This document shows positions 51,761 through 63,863 of a stretch of 64,000 bases of DNA, one piece after another (position 1 is the first letter of the stretch; each line of letters starts with the position of its first letter). The position numbers and the translations under genes are program-made. Location of the stretch: NCBI GenBank assembly GCA_951406725.2, contig OX597831.1:52080001-52144000 (forward strand), in the 5' to 3' direction. This DNA is from Octopus vulgaris (Eukaryota). The notes under the pieces were generated by a model, which searched no databases, had not been told where the DNA came from, and saw nothing but the letters and a program-made list of their open reading frames with translations.

Positions 51761-53269
51761 CTTCCTTCTTTCCTTCTTTCCTGAGTGTCCAATAATACTA
51801 TACTTGTTCCACGTCCTCGCGTTGTTGTGTTTTCTCTTTGTGTTTTCATGTTTGGATTAACTATGTATATATATATATGTATATATGTATGCTTATATCT
51901 ATGTTTGTCTTTGTGTCTGTGTTTGTCCTCCCCCCATCACCACTTGACAACTGGTGTTGATGTGTTTACTTCCCCGTAACTTAGCAGTTTGGCAAACGAG
52001 AAAGACAATAAGTTCTAGGCTTTAAAGAAAAAAAGTCCTGGGTTTGATTTGTTTGACTAAAACCCTTCCGAGCAATACTCCAGCATGGCCACAGTGAAAT
52101 GACTGAAGCAAGTAAAAGAATAAAAGAATACAGTCATGCAATCATTGACAAAAAACTAAGCAGTTTGAGTGAATTTAGTAGATGAAGACTGTGTGGAAGC
52201 CTGTCATATATATATTTATATTTCTGACATGAATTTCTTTTTAGGAGCAGGCATGACTGTGTGGCAACAAGCCTTCCTCCCAACCACATAGTTCCATGTT
52301 CAGTTCCACTGCATGGCACCTTGAGCAAGTCTCTTCTACTATAGCGTTGGACTAACCAAAGCTTGTGAGTGAATTTGGTAGACGGAAACTGAAAGAAGCC
52401 CATTTTATATGCACATATATATCTATGTATATGTGTGTCTTTATGTCTGTGTTTGTCCCCCCCTCCATCTCTATTTGACAGCTGGTGTTGGTGTGTTTAT
52501 GTCCTGTTACCTAGCAGTTCAGCAAAAGTGACTAATAGAATAAGTACCAGGCTTGAAAAAAAAGTACAAGAATTGATACATTTAACTAACAATTATACAT
52601 GGTGGTACCCCAGCATGGCCGCAGTATCATGACTGAAACAAGTAAAAGATACATACATATATATATATATATACATATGTATGTATGTGTGTGTGTATTT
52701 GTGCATGCCCCCCACCGCTCCACTTGACAATTGGTGTTTGCTTATGTCTCTGGTCTCTGGAACTTCAGCAAAAGAGTCCCTTAGAATAAATACTAAACTT
52801 AAAAATAAGTACTGAAGTAAATTTGTTTGACTAAACCTTTTAAAGAAATGCCCCAGTATGGCTGCAGTCCAGTGACTGAAACTAGTAAAAAAAAACAAAT
52901 AGTAAAAAGCTAAAAGAACAAAAATGTGAAAAAAACCCCCAAAAAACAAAGAACAACAGAAAAAAAGAAGCAATTATTTGCTCTAGACTTGAACCCAGGA
53001 ATCAGGTATTGACAGTCTACTAATTTCCCCACTTGGGCAAATTTATACCTCTCAGTGTATTTCATGAAATAATGGACGAGAACTAATTGATTGATTGCTT
53101 CACATGTTTTTGTTTTCCTTTCCGCTTCCAAACTCTTCTCCATCTCGTCTGATAAATGAGGAGGAACTAATCATCAACTACATCTACTGATATTTACTCC
53201 TCCTCCTCTTCCTACTACTACTACTACTACTATTACTACTACTGTCTCTCCCTCTCACGTCTATCACAG

Positions 53270-53428
53270 CTTGGAGCACCAATGGAACTACCGAAGCGTC
53301 TCCGCCTTGTCGTTGATGTATCTGGCAGCATGTACCGCTTCAACGGTCACGATCGTCGGCTCGAAAGAGAAATGAGTGCAGTGTTGATGGTAATGGAAGC
53401 GCTTGAAGGCTACGATACCAAACTGAAG
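53270..53428 (+). CDS. VWA8: VWA8 exon 17, start of the VWA domain with MIDAS DxSxS ([18 protein letters not shown])
   Basis: tcacag acceptor and AAG|gtatgc donor; phase 0 to 0; DVSGS MIDAS motif. Confidence 0.97.
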
Positions 53429-53550
53429 GTATGCCTAATTGGTGTTTGTTTCTATTGGTTCATTGTAATGTCATGTGATCATTTACAAAGCAAAACAATA
53501 TGCATTCTTATACAAAATACTACACACACAGATATATATATGTGTGTATG

Positions 53551-53591
<41 letters not shown>

Positions 53592-53640
53592 TTATACATA
53601 TATATATGTGTGTATCTATATATATGTATGCATATATATG

Positions 53641-53698
<58 letters not shown>

Positions 53699-53900
53699 GA
53701 ATAATTACTATGAGGTATTGAATAGAATATATTGGGTAAGGCCATAACAATGCGAAGTATTTGTTTATTTTCTTGAAAATGTGCTCATGACCCCGAAATA
53801 TTGAATGCAAGGTAAGTCTACATTAATTCATATATTTCTTTTCTTATGATTTACCTTACATTTACTTCACATTGTTTTGACCTTACTGTCAATCCTTTAT

Positions 53901-53950
<50 letters not shown>

Positions 53951-53957
53951 TGTGTGT

Positions 53958-54380
53958 CTGCACTTTTTCACACACCTATCTTCATCCATTCTCACCACAT
54001 GACCACACCAGTGTAATCGTCTCTCTTGCACACCACAGCTGATGCTTCTTAGGTCCAACTTTTCTCTCAAGGTACTTACACTCTGTCGAGTATGTACACT
54101 GACATTACACATCCATCGGAGCATACTGGCTTCATTCCTTGCAAGCTTATGCAAGTCCTCAGCAGTCATGGCCCATGTTTCACTGCCATGTAGCATGGCT
54201 GTTCGTACACATGCCTTTTACAGTCTGCCTTTTACTCTGAGTGAGAGGCCTTTTGTTACCAGCAGAGGTAAGAGCTCTCTGAACTTTGCCCAGGCTATTC
54301 TTACTCTAGCAGTTACACTTTCAGCACACCCGCCCCCGCTACTGACTTGGTCACCTAGGTAGCCGAAGCTATCAACCACT
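53958..54380 (-). mobile_element. RTE LINE fragment, inverted relative to the copy downstream
   Basis: MLHGSETWA..LRWMCNVS..RL.W.GHV.RM; homologous to 54874-55292. Confidence 0.88.
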
Positions 54381-54468
54381 CTGTGACCGTCATTACTTGA
54401 TCCAGCAACTTGATACTTCTGTAATTATTTGTTTGTATATATATATTTATATTTGTATATATTTGTAA

Positions 54469-55600
54469 GAATTTAAGACAGGATGCCCCTGGGAGCTCCT
54501 ATATGCTGATGACCTTGCTCTAATTGCTGAGTCACTATCAGAACTGGAGGAGAAGTTTCAGGTGTGGAAACAAGGATTAGAGTCGAAGGGCCTTAGAATC
54601 AACCTAGCCAAAACCAAAGTCCTAATAAGTAGGAAGGTGGACCAACCACAAACGACTTCAGGTAGATGGCCCTGCTCGATCTGTAGAAAAGGTGTAGGTA
54701 GAAACTCTATAAGGTGCACCAAGTGTAAGCTATGGACACATAAGAGGTGCAGCAATGTCAAAGGTAGGCTAACTGGGAAGATAGTTTTCATATGTGGCAG
54801 ATGCTCAGGAGAAATAAACACTGGAAATGTGCAGAGACCAACTTCTACCACGTTCCAGGGAGACAAACTAGAAGTAGTTGATAGCTTCCGCTACCTTGGA
54901 GACCAAGTTAGTTGCGGGGGTGGGTGTGCTGAAAGTGTAACTGCTAGAGTAAGAATAGCCTGGGCAAAGTTTAGGGAGCTCTTACCCCTGCTGGTGACAA
55001 AAGGCCTCTCGCTCAGAGTAAAAGGCAGACTTTATGATGCATGTGTACGTACAGCCATGCTACATGGTAGTGAAACATGGGCCGTGACTGCTGAGGATAT
55101 GCGTAAGCTCGCAAGAAATGAAGCCAGTATGCTCCGATGGATGTGTAATGTCAGTGTTCATAATCGTCAGAGTGTAAGTACCTTGAGAGAAAAGTTGAAC
55201 CTAAGAAGCGTCAGTTGTGGTGTGCAAGAGAGACGGCTGCGCTGGTATGGTCATATGACGAGAATGGCTGAAGATAGTTGTGTGCAAAAGTGCTACACCC
55301 TAGCAGTTGAGGGAACCTGTGGAAGAGGTAGACCCAGGAAAACCTGGGACGAAGTGGTGAAGCACGACCTACGAACTTTAGGTCTCACCAAGAAAATGAC
55401 TAGAGACCGAGACCTATGGAAGTATGCTGTGCGTGAGAAGACCCGGCAAGACTAGTCAGGCCATAACCCGTGGCCCCTACCTATGACGTAGTCAATCCAC
55501 CTGTGCATACCTTCCTTCTTGTGACACTTGTGAAGACCTGTTGAGGCAAGTGAAAATCAAATCAAACAAAATCAAAATAGATGAACATCAATGGAATTTG
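54469..55600 (+). mobile_element. 5'-truncated RTE-clade LINE with an uninterrupted C-terminal ORF (RT YADD, PHD-like finger) and 3' UTR
   Basis: PWELLYADDLALIAE, CSIC..CTKC..H.RC..CGRC, GSETW and GRGRPRKTW; frame open 54469-55455. Confidence 0.92.
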
Positions 55601-55621
55601 TATCTTTGTGGTACCAGTGCC

Positions 55622-56450
55622 GGTGGCACACAAGAATACCATCCGAACGTGGGCGTAGCCAGTACCGCACCGACTGGCCTCCATGCTGTGGGCACGTAAC
55701 AATCACCATCCAATCGTGGCCGATCGCCAGCCTAATCTGGCTCCTGTGTCGGTGGCACATAAAAAAACACCATCCGAGCGTGGTCGTCTGCTAGCCTTGT
55801 CTGGCACCTGTGTCGGTGGCACATAAAAACACCATCCGAGCGTGGCCGTTCGCCAGCCTCGTCTGGCACCTGTGTCGGTGGCACATAAAAACACCATCCG
55901 AGCGTGGTCGTCTGCTAGCCTTGTCTGGCACCTGTGTCGGTGGCACATAAAAACACCATCCGAGCGTGGTCGTCTGCTAGCCTTGTCTGGCACCTGTGTC
56001 GGTGGCACATAAAAACACCATCCGAGCGTGGCCGTTCGCCAGCCTCGTCTGGCACCTGTGTCGGTGGCACAAAAAAATACCATCCGAGCGTGGTCGTCTG
56101 CTAGCCTTGTCTGGCACCTGTGTCGGTGGCACATAAAAACACCATCCGAGCGTGGCCGTTCGCCAGCCTCGTCTGGCACCTGTGTCGGTGGCACATAAAA
56201 AACACCATCCGAGCGTGGTCGTCTGCCAGCCTTGTCTGGCACCTGTGTCGGTGGCACATAAAAACACCATCCGAGCATGGCCGTTCGCCAGCCTCGTCTG
56301 GCACCTGTGTCGGTGGCACATAAAAAACACCATCCGAGCGTGGTCGTCTGCCAGCCTTGTCTGGCACCTGTGTCGGTGGCACATAAAAACACCATCCGAG
56401 CGTGGCCGTTCGCCAGCCTCGTCTGGCACCTGTGTCGGTGGCACATAAAA
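55622..56450. repeat. GC-rich 62-bp minisatellite (11 well-conserved and 2 diverged units) inside a SINE-like element ending in (TGA)n near 56620
   Basis: Unit starts at 55751, 55815, 55877, 55939, 56001, 56063, 56125, 56187, 56250, 56312 and 56375. Confidence 0.92.
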
Positions 56451-56676
56451 TCACCCACTACACTCTCGGAGTGGTTGGCGTTAGGAAGGGCATCCAGCTG
56501 TAGAAACACTGCCAGATCTGACTGGCCTGGTGCAGCCTTCGGGCTCCCCAGACACCAGTTGAACCGTCCAACCCATGCTAGCATGGAGAGCGGACGTTAA
56601 ATGAAGATGATGATGAAGATGATATATATATATATATGTACACATACACAGACACACATACACACACACATATATA

Positions 56677-57135
56677 TATAGTTTAGGACAATTAGTAAGT
56701 TGTCATAATAGGACTCAGAGTTTCAAATGTTGGAGCTAAGAGCTACAATGCATTCTCATTTGCTATTATGACAATAGACACTATAAAAAAACCATTGAAT
56801 ATATTATATGTGTGTGTGTGTATACGTGTATGAATACGTAAATGTACATATATGTTTGTGTGTGTATGGGCAAATACATATATATGTTTGTGAGTGTGTA
56901 CATATGTAGACATTATAAACGCAGGAGGTTTTTATGTCTATGTATTGTGAGAATATGGTTGCATGTATTTTTTAAATATTTTTTCCTACCTACTAGAGTA
57001 ATTTCCATTTTATTCAATGGATTTTTTATAGCGTTTATTGTCATAATAGCTGATGAGAATGCATCATAGCTCTTAGCTCCGGCATTTGAAACTCTGAGTC
57101 CTATTATGATGACTTACTGATTGTCCTAAACTATA
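56677..57135. repeat. Head-to-head inverted pair of ~125-bp hammerhead-bearing units
   Basis: 56677-56801 is the reverse complement of 57010-57135; the minus copy has the core mutated to CAAAUGA. Confidence 0.85.
57040..57110 (+). ncRNA. Type-I hammerhead ribozyme motif with complete core
   Basis: 10-bp stem I GUCAUAAUAG/CUAUUAUGAU; CUGAUGA; stem II GAAUGC/GCAUUU; GAAA; CUC-U-GAG; GUC site (cleavage after 57100). Confidence 0.82.
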
Positions 57136-57180
57136 AATTCCTCTATTTACCTAATATTGAGGTCTCATTCTTTTGTTTTC

Positions 57181-57298
<118 letters not shown>

Positions 57299-57321
57299 CA
57301 AGATTGTTTGTTGAAATAGAT

Positions 57322-57391
57322 ATTGTTATACTTAGGGACGGTCATATTTTGCCAATCAAACACACACTGTATATTTGGTCTTCACTTCAGC

Positions 57392-57430
<39 letters not shown>

Positions 57431-57676
57431 TTAGTTTCTTTGTCAAAAGCTCTTTCATTACACACCCTGTGGCCTCTTCAGCAGCTCTTTATCCCACCTG
57501 TGGACTAAGCGGAGACATGTAGGTTAGAGAGTCACTGAAGAGGTCACAGGATGTGTGACAAAAGGCCTTTGACAGAGAAACTATAATGGTAATAATAATT
57601 TGAAGTGAAGACAAAAAAAAAAAATATAGTGCATGTGTTTAATTGGCAAAATATGACCATTCCCAATTATAACAAT
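57322..57676. repeat. Palindrome of two head-to-head hammerhead-bearing units (57442-57485 minus, 57531-57573 plus)
   Basis: Plus arm GUCA-CUGAAGA-G-GUCAC/GUGAC-AAAA-GGCC-UU-UGAC (GAAA decayed to AAAA); minus arm keeps CUGAAGA and GAAA. Confidence 0.8.
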
Positions 57677-57869
57677 GTGTGTGGGTGTGTGTATTATAGT
57701 AGCTTATAATTGTGTGTATTTTCCTCTACATATACGCAAATATCTTTGTAACATGTATCTCTTGAAATACTCCATTTAATTATTAACCAGCTGATACATT
57801 TAAATATGCTCAATCACTAAAATCTATCAACATTTGTTGAACTGAATCTTTGTATTTCACTGTTTACAG

Positions 57870-57968
57870 TACGAAATCTTTGGTCATTCTGGAGAGAACT
57901 ATGACGCACCCTTTGTGAAAGCTGATCAAGCTCCGAAGAACAAGAAAGAGAGACTTGTTGTTTTAAAG
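57870..57968 (+). CDS. VWA8: VWA8 exon 18 (YEIFGHSGENYDAPFVKADQAPKNKKERLVVLK)
   Basis: ttacag acceptor and AAG|gtatta donor; phase 0 to 0; Y.I.GHSG motif; not in the ORF track. Confidence 0.93.
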
Positions 57969-58507
57969 GTATTATGTTTACCCTTTTGATACAACCCCCC
58001 TCCCGCTTCAAACTGCCCCTGGTTCTATGATACCAACTTCCTGTTTTAGTGTGATCATCATCGTCATTATTGTTTGTCTGCCTTCCTTGCTGGCATGGAT
58101 TGGATGGTTTGACAGGAGCCAGCTAGGTAGAAGACTACTGTGTCTGTTTTAGCATGGTTTTTACATGGTTTTTACAACTCGATACCCTTCCTAACACCAG
58201 AATGAACTGAGTGCTTTTTGTGTGGCACCAGCACAGGCGAGGTCAGTTTTGGCATGGTTTTTACAGTTAAGTACCCTTCTAAATGCCAACCACTTCACAG
58301 TGTGGACAGGATGCTTTTTACATTGCACCAGAAAGCATCCAGTCCACACTATGTTAAAACCTTTAACCCATTATCATTCAGATTAGTTGGTAAAATGTAA
58401 TGCTTATTTATTCAAATTAGTTTGAATTAATAATGCATTATCTCATACTTTTGAGATTTCATCTACTAAGATTTATGCGTGTGCTTTTATGTCCCAAACA
58501 TGTATAT

Positions 58508-58705
58508 AGGCATAGGAGTGGCTGTGTGATAAGTAGGTTGCTTATGAACCACATGGTTCCAGGTTCAGTCCCACTGCGTGGCACCTTGGACAAGTGCCTT
58601 CTACTATAGCCTCGGCCCAACCAAAGCCTTGTGAGTGGATTTGGTAGACAGAAACTGAAAGAAGCCCATCATATATATGTATGTATATATATATATATAT
58701 GTATG

Positions 58706-58761
<56 letters not shown>

Positions 58762-58998
58762 GGTGTGTGTATATGTTTGTGTGTCTGTGTTTGTCCCTCC
58801 AACATCGCTTGACAACCAATGCTGGTGTGTGTTTACGTCCCCATAACTTAGCGGTTCAGCAAAAGAGATGGATACAATAAGTACTAGGCTTACAAAGAAA
58901 AAGTCCTGGGGTTGATTTGCTCGACTAAAAGGCGGTGCTCCAGCATGGCCACAGTCAAATGACTGAAACAAGTAAAAAAGTAAAAGAGAGTAAAGAGT
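58508..58998 (+). mobile_element. Dominant-family SINE
   Basis: Full-length copy. Confidence 0.85.
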
Positions 58999-59261
58999 AT
59001 GAGAGGGTCTCTCAGACTAATAATGCAGTATTTGGTGTTCCAACAATACATCTATATTAAGTTGGATGTAAAGATTACTTTTTGGTATTAATACTGTTTC
59101 CGTCCTTAATAATTTATTATGAAACCATGTAGTTGCAAAGTGAGTTTCTTAACCACACATCCATTCCTGTGCCCATAGATGAAAGCATTTTAATCCATTT
59201 GATCTCCAGTTATCATCATACATTATTATTATTGTTGTTTTTTGTTGTTACTCTATTACAG

Positions 59262-59500
59262 ACCATGCATGCACACTCACAGTTCTGCCTGAGCGGAGAC
59301 AACACTTTAGAAGCAACGAAGCATGCTATTGACTCGGTTGCCAAAGAAGAAGCTGATGAACACTTTGTCATCATCCTAAGTGATGCCAACTTTGAACGGT
59401 ATGGTATCAGTGCTAGGAAGTTCTCAGAACTGCTCACCGAAAACAAGGAAGTGAATGCTTTTGCCATTTTCATTGGATCTCTTGGAGACCAGGCTGTCAG
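59262..59500 (+). CDS. VWA8: VWA8 exon 19 (TMHAHSQFCLSGDNTLEA..LSDANFERYG..AFAIFIGSLGDQAV)
   Basis: ttacag acceptor and AG|gtaagc donor; phase 0 to 2. Confidence 0.97.
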
Positions 59501-60821
59501 GTAAGCGCAAGCTCTTAACCATTATCAAGAATTACAATTTTAGTTTGTCTTTACATATTATAAAATTACAGCTGAGATTACTGTTGAGATCATCATCATC
59601 ATCATTGCTTTAATGTCCACTTTTCCATGCTTGAATGGGTCAGACAGAGTTTAGTGAGGCAGATATTCTATGGCCCTTCCTGTCACCAACTCTCACCTGT
59701 TTCGAAGCAAACATGATTTTGCAGAATACTGGAAATGTTTGACTTTCATTTACAACAATCATGTGATGTCAAGATGAGAAGACACATACAGATGCACATA
59801 TATGTATATAGGTAACTAAATCTAAGATAATAAATCATAACTGGTCCAGTCCAAGGCAACGCGAAAACGAATGACACTGCCTTAGGTTGTCACGGGTGAC
59901 ATGGTAGTGAGAGAAGGGAAAGAGAGGAAGAAAGAGAGAGAGAGAGAAAGGAAATTAAAAGAGAAGCCAAGTAAAGGGACAGAGTGACACAAAATATTCG
60001 AAGAATATTTCTACAACAATTCTCTTTGGTCCTTGCTATATCACTCTCATGCCTATAGTCCTTTAGGACAGTTTCCATTTCTTCTGAAACAAATAAACGA
60101 ATTAAAGAACATATATATATATATGTCACCATGATAGATCGTTAGCCACTACACACATTGTTTTCTCTCCTTGTTTTTCTGTGTCCCTTTCTGTAGAAGA
60201 GCGTAGGCTTGAAATGTAAAAGATTTTTTCTATTCCTGAGCGTTATACTAATACATGTTTGTTTTGTACACCACCTGTCTTCGTCTTTTGTTTTTTTTTC
60301 GTAAACTCTCCTTATATATATATATATATATATACACATATATATGTGTGTGTGTGTGTGTATGAATATAAACATGTATATACATACATACATATAAGTG
60401 TGTATTGTACCAGTGGCATGTAAAAAGCACCATCCGAACGTGGTTGATGCCAGTGTCCCCTGACTGGCTCCTATGCTGGTGGAATATAAAAAGCACCCAC
60501 TACACACTCAGAGTGTTTGGTTTTAGGAAGGGCATCCAGCTGTAGAAACCTTGCCAGATCAGACTGGAGCCTGGTGCAGCCTACTGGCTTGCCAATCCTC
60601 AGTCAAACCATCCAACTCATGCTAGCTTGGAAAGCCGATGTTATACAATGATATGATGATGATATGTATATATACATATATTTTATTATATACCCAGGCC
60701 TATTCCCCATTCTTTTAGGAGTGGGTAGCCACAACAAACATTTCTCAGCTCAAAGAAGCGATCCCTTGGGTCAAGGCATAGGACACAACCCCCATTTATC
60801 AGCAGTGGGGCATGACAGCAA

Positions 60822-60927
60822 ATGCTGGTTTACCCTTGCTGCATCATGCTGGTTTACCCTTGCTGCATCATGCTGGTTTACCCTTGCTGCATCATGCTGG
60901 TTTACCCTTGCTGCATCATGCTGGTTT
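60822..60927. repeat. Perfect 24-bp tandem repeat ATGCTGGTTTACCCTTGCTGCATC, about 4.4 copies
   Basis: Four identical units plus a partial unit. Confidence 0.92.
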
Positions 60928-60949
60928 TGTGCCCCTTTGAGCAATATTT

Positions 60950-61830
60950 AATTCACTCATCCATCCAAGGTTTCTAACCATTTATAAATTCTCTTGCCTC
61001 TCTCACTCCAATACCTCTCACTCCAATACCTCTAACCACCAAAGCTTTTCTCACTCAATCCATCTACATAAATCGAGGTCTGCCTCTAGTTCTCCTGCCT
61101 ACCACTTCTGCCTTCATCACCCTCTTTACCATCTAACCATCCATCCTCTCCATGTGGCCAAACCACCTCAACATTCGTCTATCCATTTCGGTTGTTAGTT
61201 TTCTCTCATTCCTGCTCACTTTCACACCTCCTCTTTCCTTCTCCTGTCAATCTGTGTCACACTAACCATAGCCCTCAAACATCTCATCTCAAACACATCT
61301 AGTCACCTCCTCTCCACCTCTCTCAGCCCCCACGTCTCTGCACCATAGAACATTGTCAGCACAATCATGCCCTCCTACACACCTCTTTTTGCTTTCATCC
61401 TCACCCTTTTATCTCTCAGCATACCTTTCACAACTCCAATAATCTTACTCTTCTCTCTCACTCTATATCTCATTTCTCATCACATGTGATCCCAGATACT
61501 TAAAAACACTCACCTCCTCTAACATCTAATCACTTATACTCACATCCATCCATCCATCACCAGCCATTCCATCTCTCAAACATCTCATCACCTTACTCTT
61601 AGCTACGTTCACTCCCAGTTTCCTCCTCTCTCACATTCTTCCAACTCTATCATCAGTCTCCTCAGTTGCTCTTCCGAATCCGCCACCAGTGTTGTATCAT
61701 CAGCAAACAACAACTGGCTCACCACCTGTCATTTCTCTCCATTTTCTCCCACCATTTGGGCTTCCCTACCAAAGGTTCTATCATTTACCTCTTTCACCAC
61801 AACACCCATATATAAATTAAACAGCCATGT
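60950..61830 (-). mobile_element. Old RTE-type LINE RT remnant
   Basis: WLFNLYMGVVVKEV, QLLFADDT, YGAETW-like and WFGH.ER motifs on the minus strand; broken frames. Confidence 0.75.
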
Positions 61831-63080
61831 TACCAGTGTTGCCTTACTGGCACTTGTCTGGTGACACATGAAAAAACATTCAAGCGAAGTCATTGGCAGT
61901 GCCGCTGGACTGGCTCCTGTGTAGGTGGCACATAAAAACCACCATTTGAGTGTGGCTGTCACCAGTACTGCCTGACTGGCCTGCGTGCTGGTGACACGTA
62001 AAAGCACCCACTACACTCTCGGAGGGATTGGCATTAGGAAGGGCATCCAGCTGTAGAAACATTGCCAGATCAGATTGGAGCCTGGTGTGGCCTACTGGCT
62101 TGCCAGTCCTCAATGAAACTGTCCAACCCATGCCAGCATGGAAAGCGGATGTTGAATGATGATGATGATGATGATGATGATGATGGTATATATATGTAGA
62201 TATGTATATAATGTATTGATGTATAGCCGAGTGTATATCTAAGTGTGTGCATCTGTATGTGTGTGTAGAAAGCTAGACAATTAAATCTCTTCTCTGTTTT
62301 TATGTGGGATATCTGATTTGATATCTGTGGATCACTGACTTTGTGCCCACTGAGAATTGGAGACATTTGCTTGGATACCTATACCACAATATACAATGTT
62401 GCATTTCATAATCTCCATTACCTTCTCTCTCTCTGCCTCTGTGTGTGAGTGTATGTGTGTGTGAGAGAGATAGAGAGAGAGAGAGAGAAAGAAAGAAAAA
62501 AGAAAGAAAGAAAGAAAGAGTTTCTACACTCATTTTTTGAAGCATGTGATTTAATGGTTTCTTTCATAAAAACTATAGGGATATATGTGTATGTGTGCAT
62601 GCATGTATTAATTTGCAAGCATAATAACTGTGTGTGTGTGTGCATATATATGTATATAGATATGTTTATGTATATATATATATGTGTGTTTGTGTGTGTG
62701 TGTGTGTGTATATATACGCACACACATATAGATGTATATATATAAATATATACACACACACACACAAATATATACATACATACAAACATATATATGTTTA
62801 TATATATATCATGTACATAAATTTTCTATAGAATGAGTGCGTGGGAAAAGAGTGTGTATTATGGATGTATAAATATTTATTTATCTCTTAAAAAAATTAT
62901 CTATTTATAAATACGTACACACAGATTTATATATTCATATATGTGTGTGTGTGTTTCTATGTTTATGTGAGAGAGAAAGACCATTGTTTGTTAAGACAAA
63001 GTACTTTAGAGGACCAAATTAAATGCATCTAATTTTTAAAATATTATTCTTACTTTTTTTTTTATTGTTTTTCTATCTAG

Positions 63081-63189
63081 GTTGACAAAACAGCTTCCAA
63101 TGGGCCGAGCTTTTGTGTGCATGGATACAGACAAACTACCTCAGATATTACAACAGATATTCTCGTCAACAATGTTATCATCTGATTGA
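63081..63189 (+). CDS. VWA8: VWA8 terminal coding exon (LTKQLPMGRAFVCMDTDKLPQILQQIFSSTMLSSD-stop)
   Basis: atctag acceptor; TGA at 63187-63189; matches the VWA8 C-terminus PQILQQIF..TML. Confidence 0.96.
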
Positions 63190-63410
63190 TGACAAGGAAG
63201 CAATGTGTGTCATGCCGTTTAAAACTTTCATATTTGATAGCATTAAAGATGCACGGGCATGTTAGATGCACTCTAATTTCAACAGCACATATTCAGGAGA
63301 TAGAGATTTTAGTGCATTAACACTTATGGGAAGCCCAACTTTGTACATAAGACCCAAAGTGATTTTTTTTTAGACATTTCTTGGTGGGAAAATAGTATGT
63401 CCTATATGCC

Positions 63411-63832
63411 ATTAAATACAGTTTTCTATGAACTGCTAAACTGTGGTGACAAGCAATCAGAACATTTTATAACTCTGCTATTAAGTCAACTTCACATTTT
63501 TTTCCCAGCTTATACCATTTTTACAAACTACATCACTTAGCACAAACCAACGAAGGGGGATCTCTATGTGGTCTGGTTACTTGATCTGTTAGAAATTGTA
63601 ACTTAAGTCTCCTCAGATTGTATCAAGCTGTCTTAACCCTTTATCATTTAAACCGGTAATTATCCAGCCCAAATGTTCTACCAGTTTTATGTCCAAACTG
63701 GGCATATGTGGCCTCTCACACTTACTCTTCAATGTCATTCTAAAAATATACTATCACATCCTTGAAATCTCAAAGTTATGAGATAAAGTATGATTAATTC
63801 AAAACAAAGTGAATAAATAAGTATCAAATAAA
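63411..63832 (+). terminator. Candidate polyadenylation signals in the VWA8 3' UTR
   Basis: ATTAAA at 63411; AATAAA at 63812 and 63827, both inside a MITE; which one is used is unknown. Confidence 0.35.
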
Positions 63833-63863
63833 TAAGTGTTACATCTGAATGATAAAGGGTTAA
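63633..63863. mobile_element. piggyBac-type MITE in or near the VWA8 3' UTR
   Basis: TTAA-CCCTTTATCATT ... AATGATAAAGGG-TTAA perfect termini. Confidence 0.78.

Noticed and set aside
55622-56450. CRISPR-like regular array and long ORFs (e.g. 55703-56584)
   Set aside because: The units have no unique spacers, only two alternating variants, and there are no cas genes in this eukaryotic context. The ORFs are translations of the repeat.
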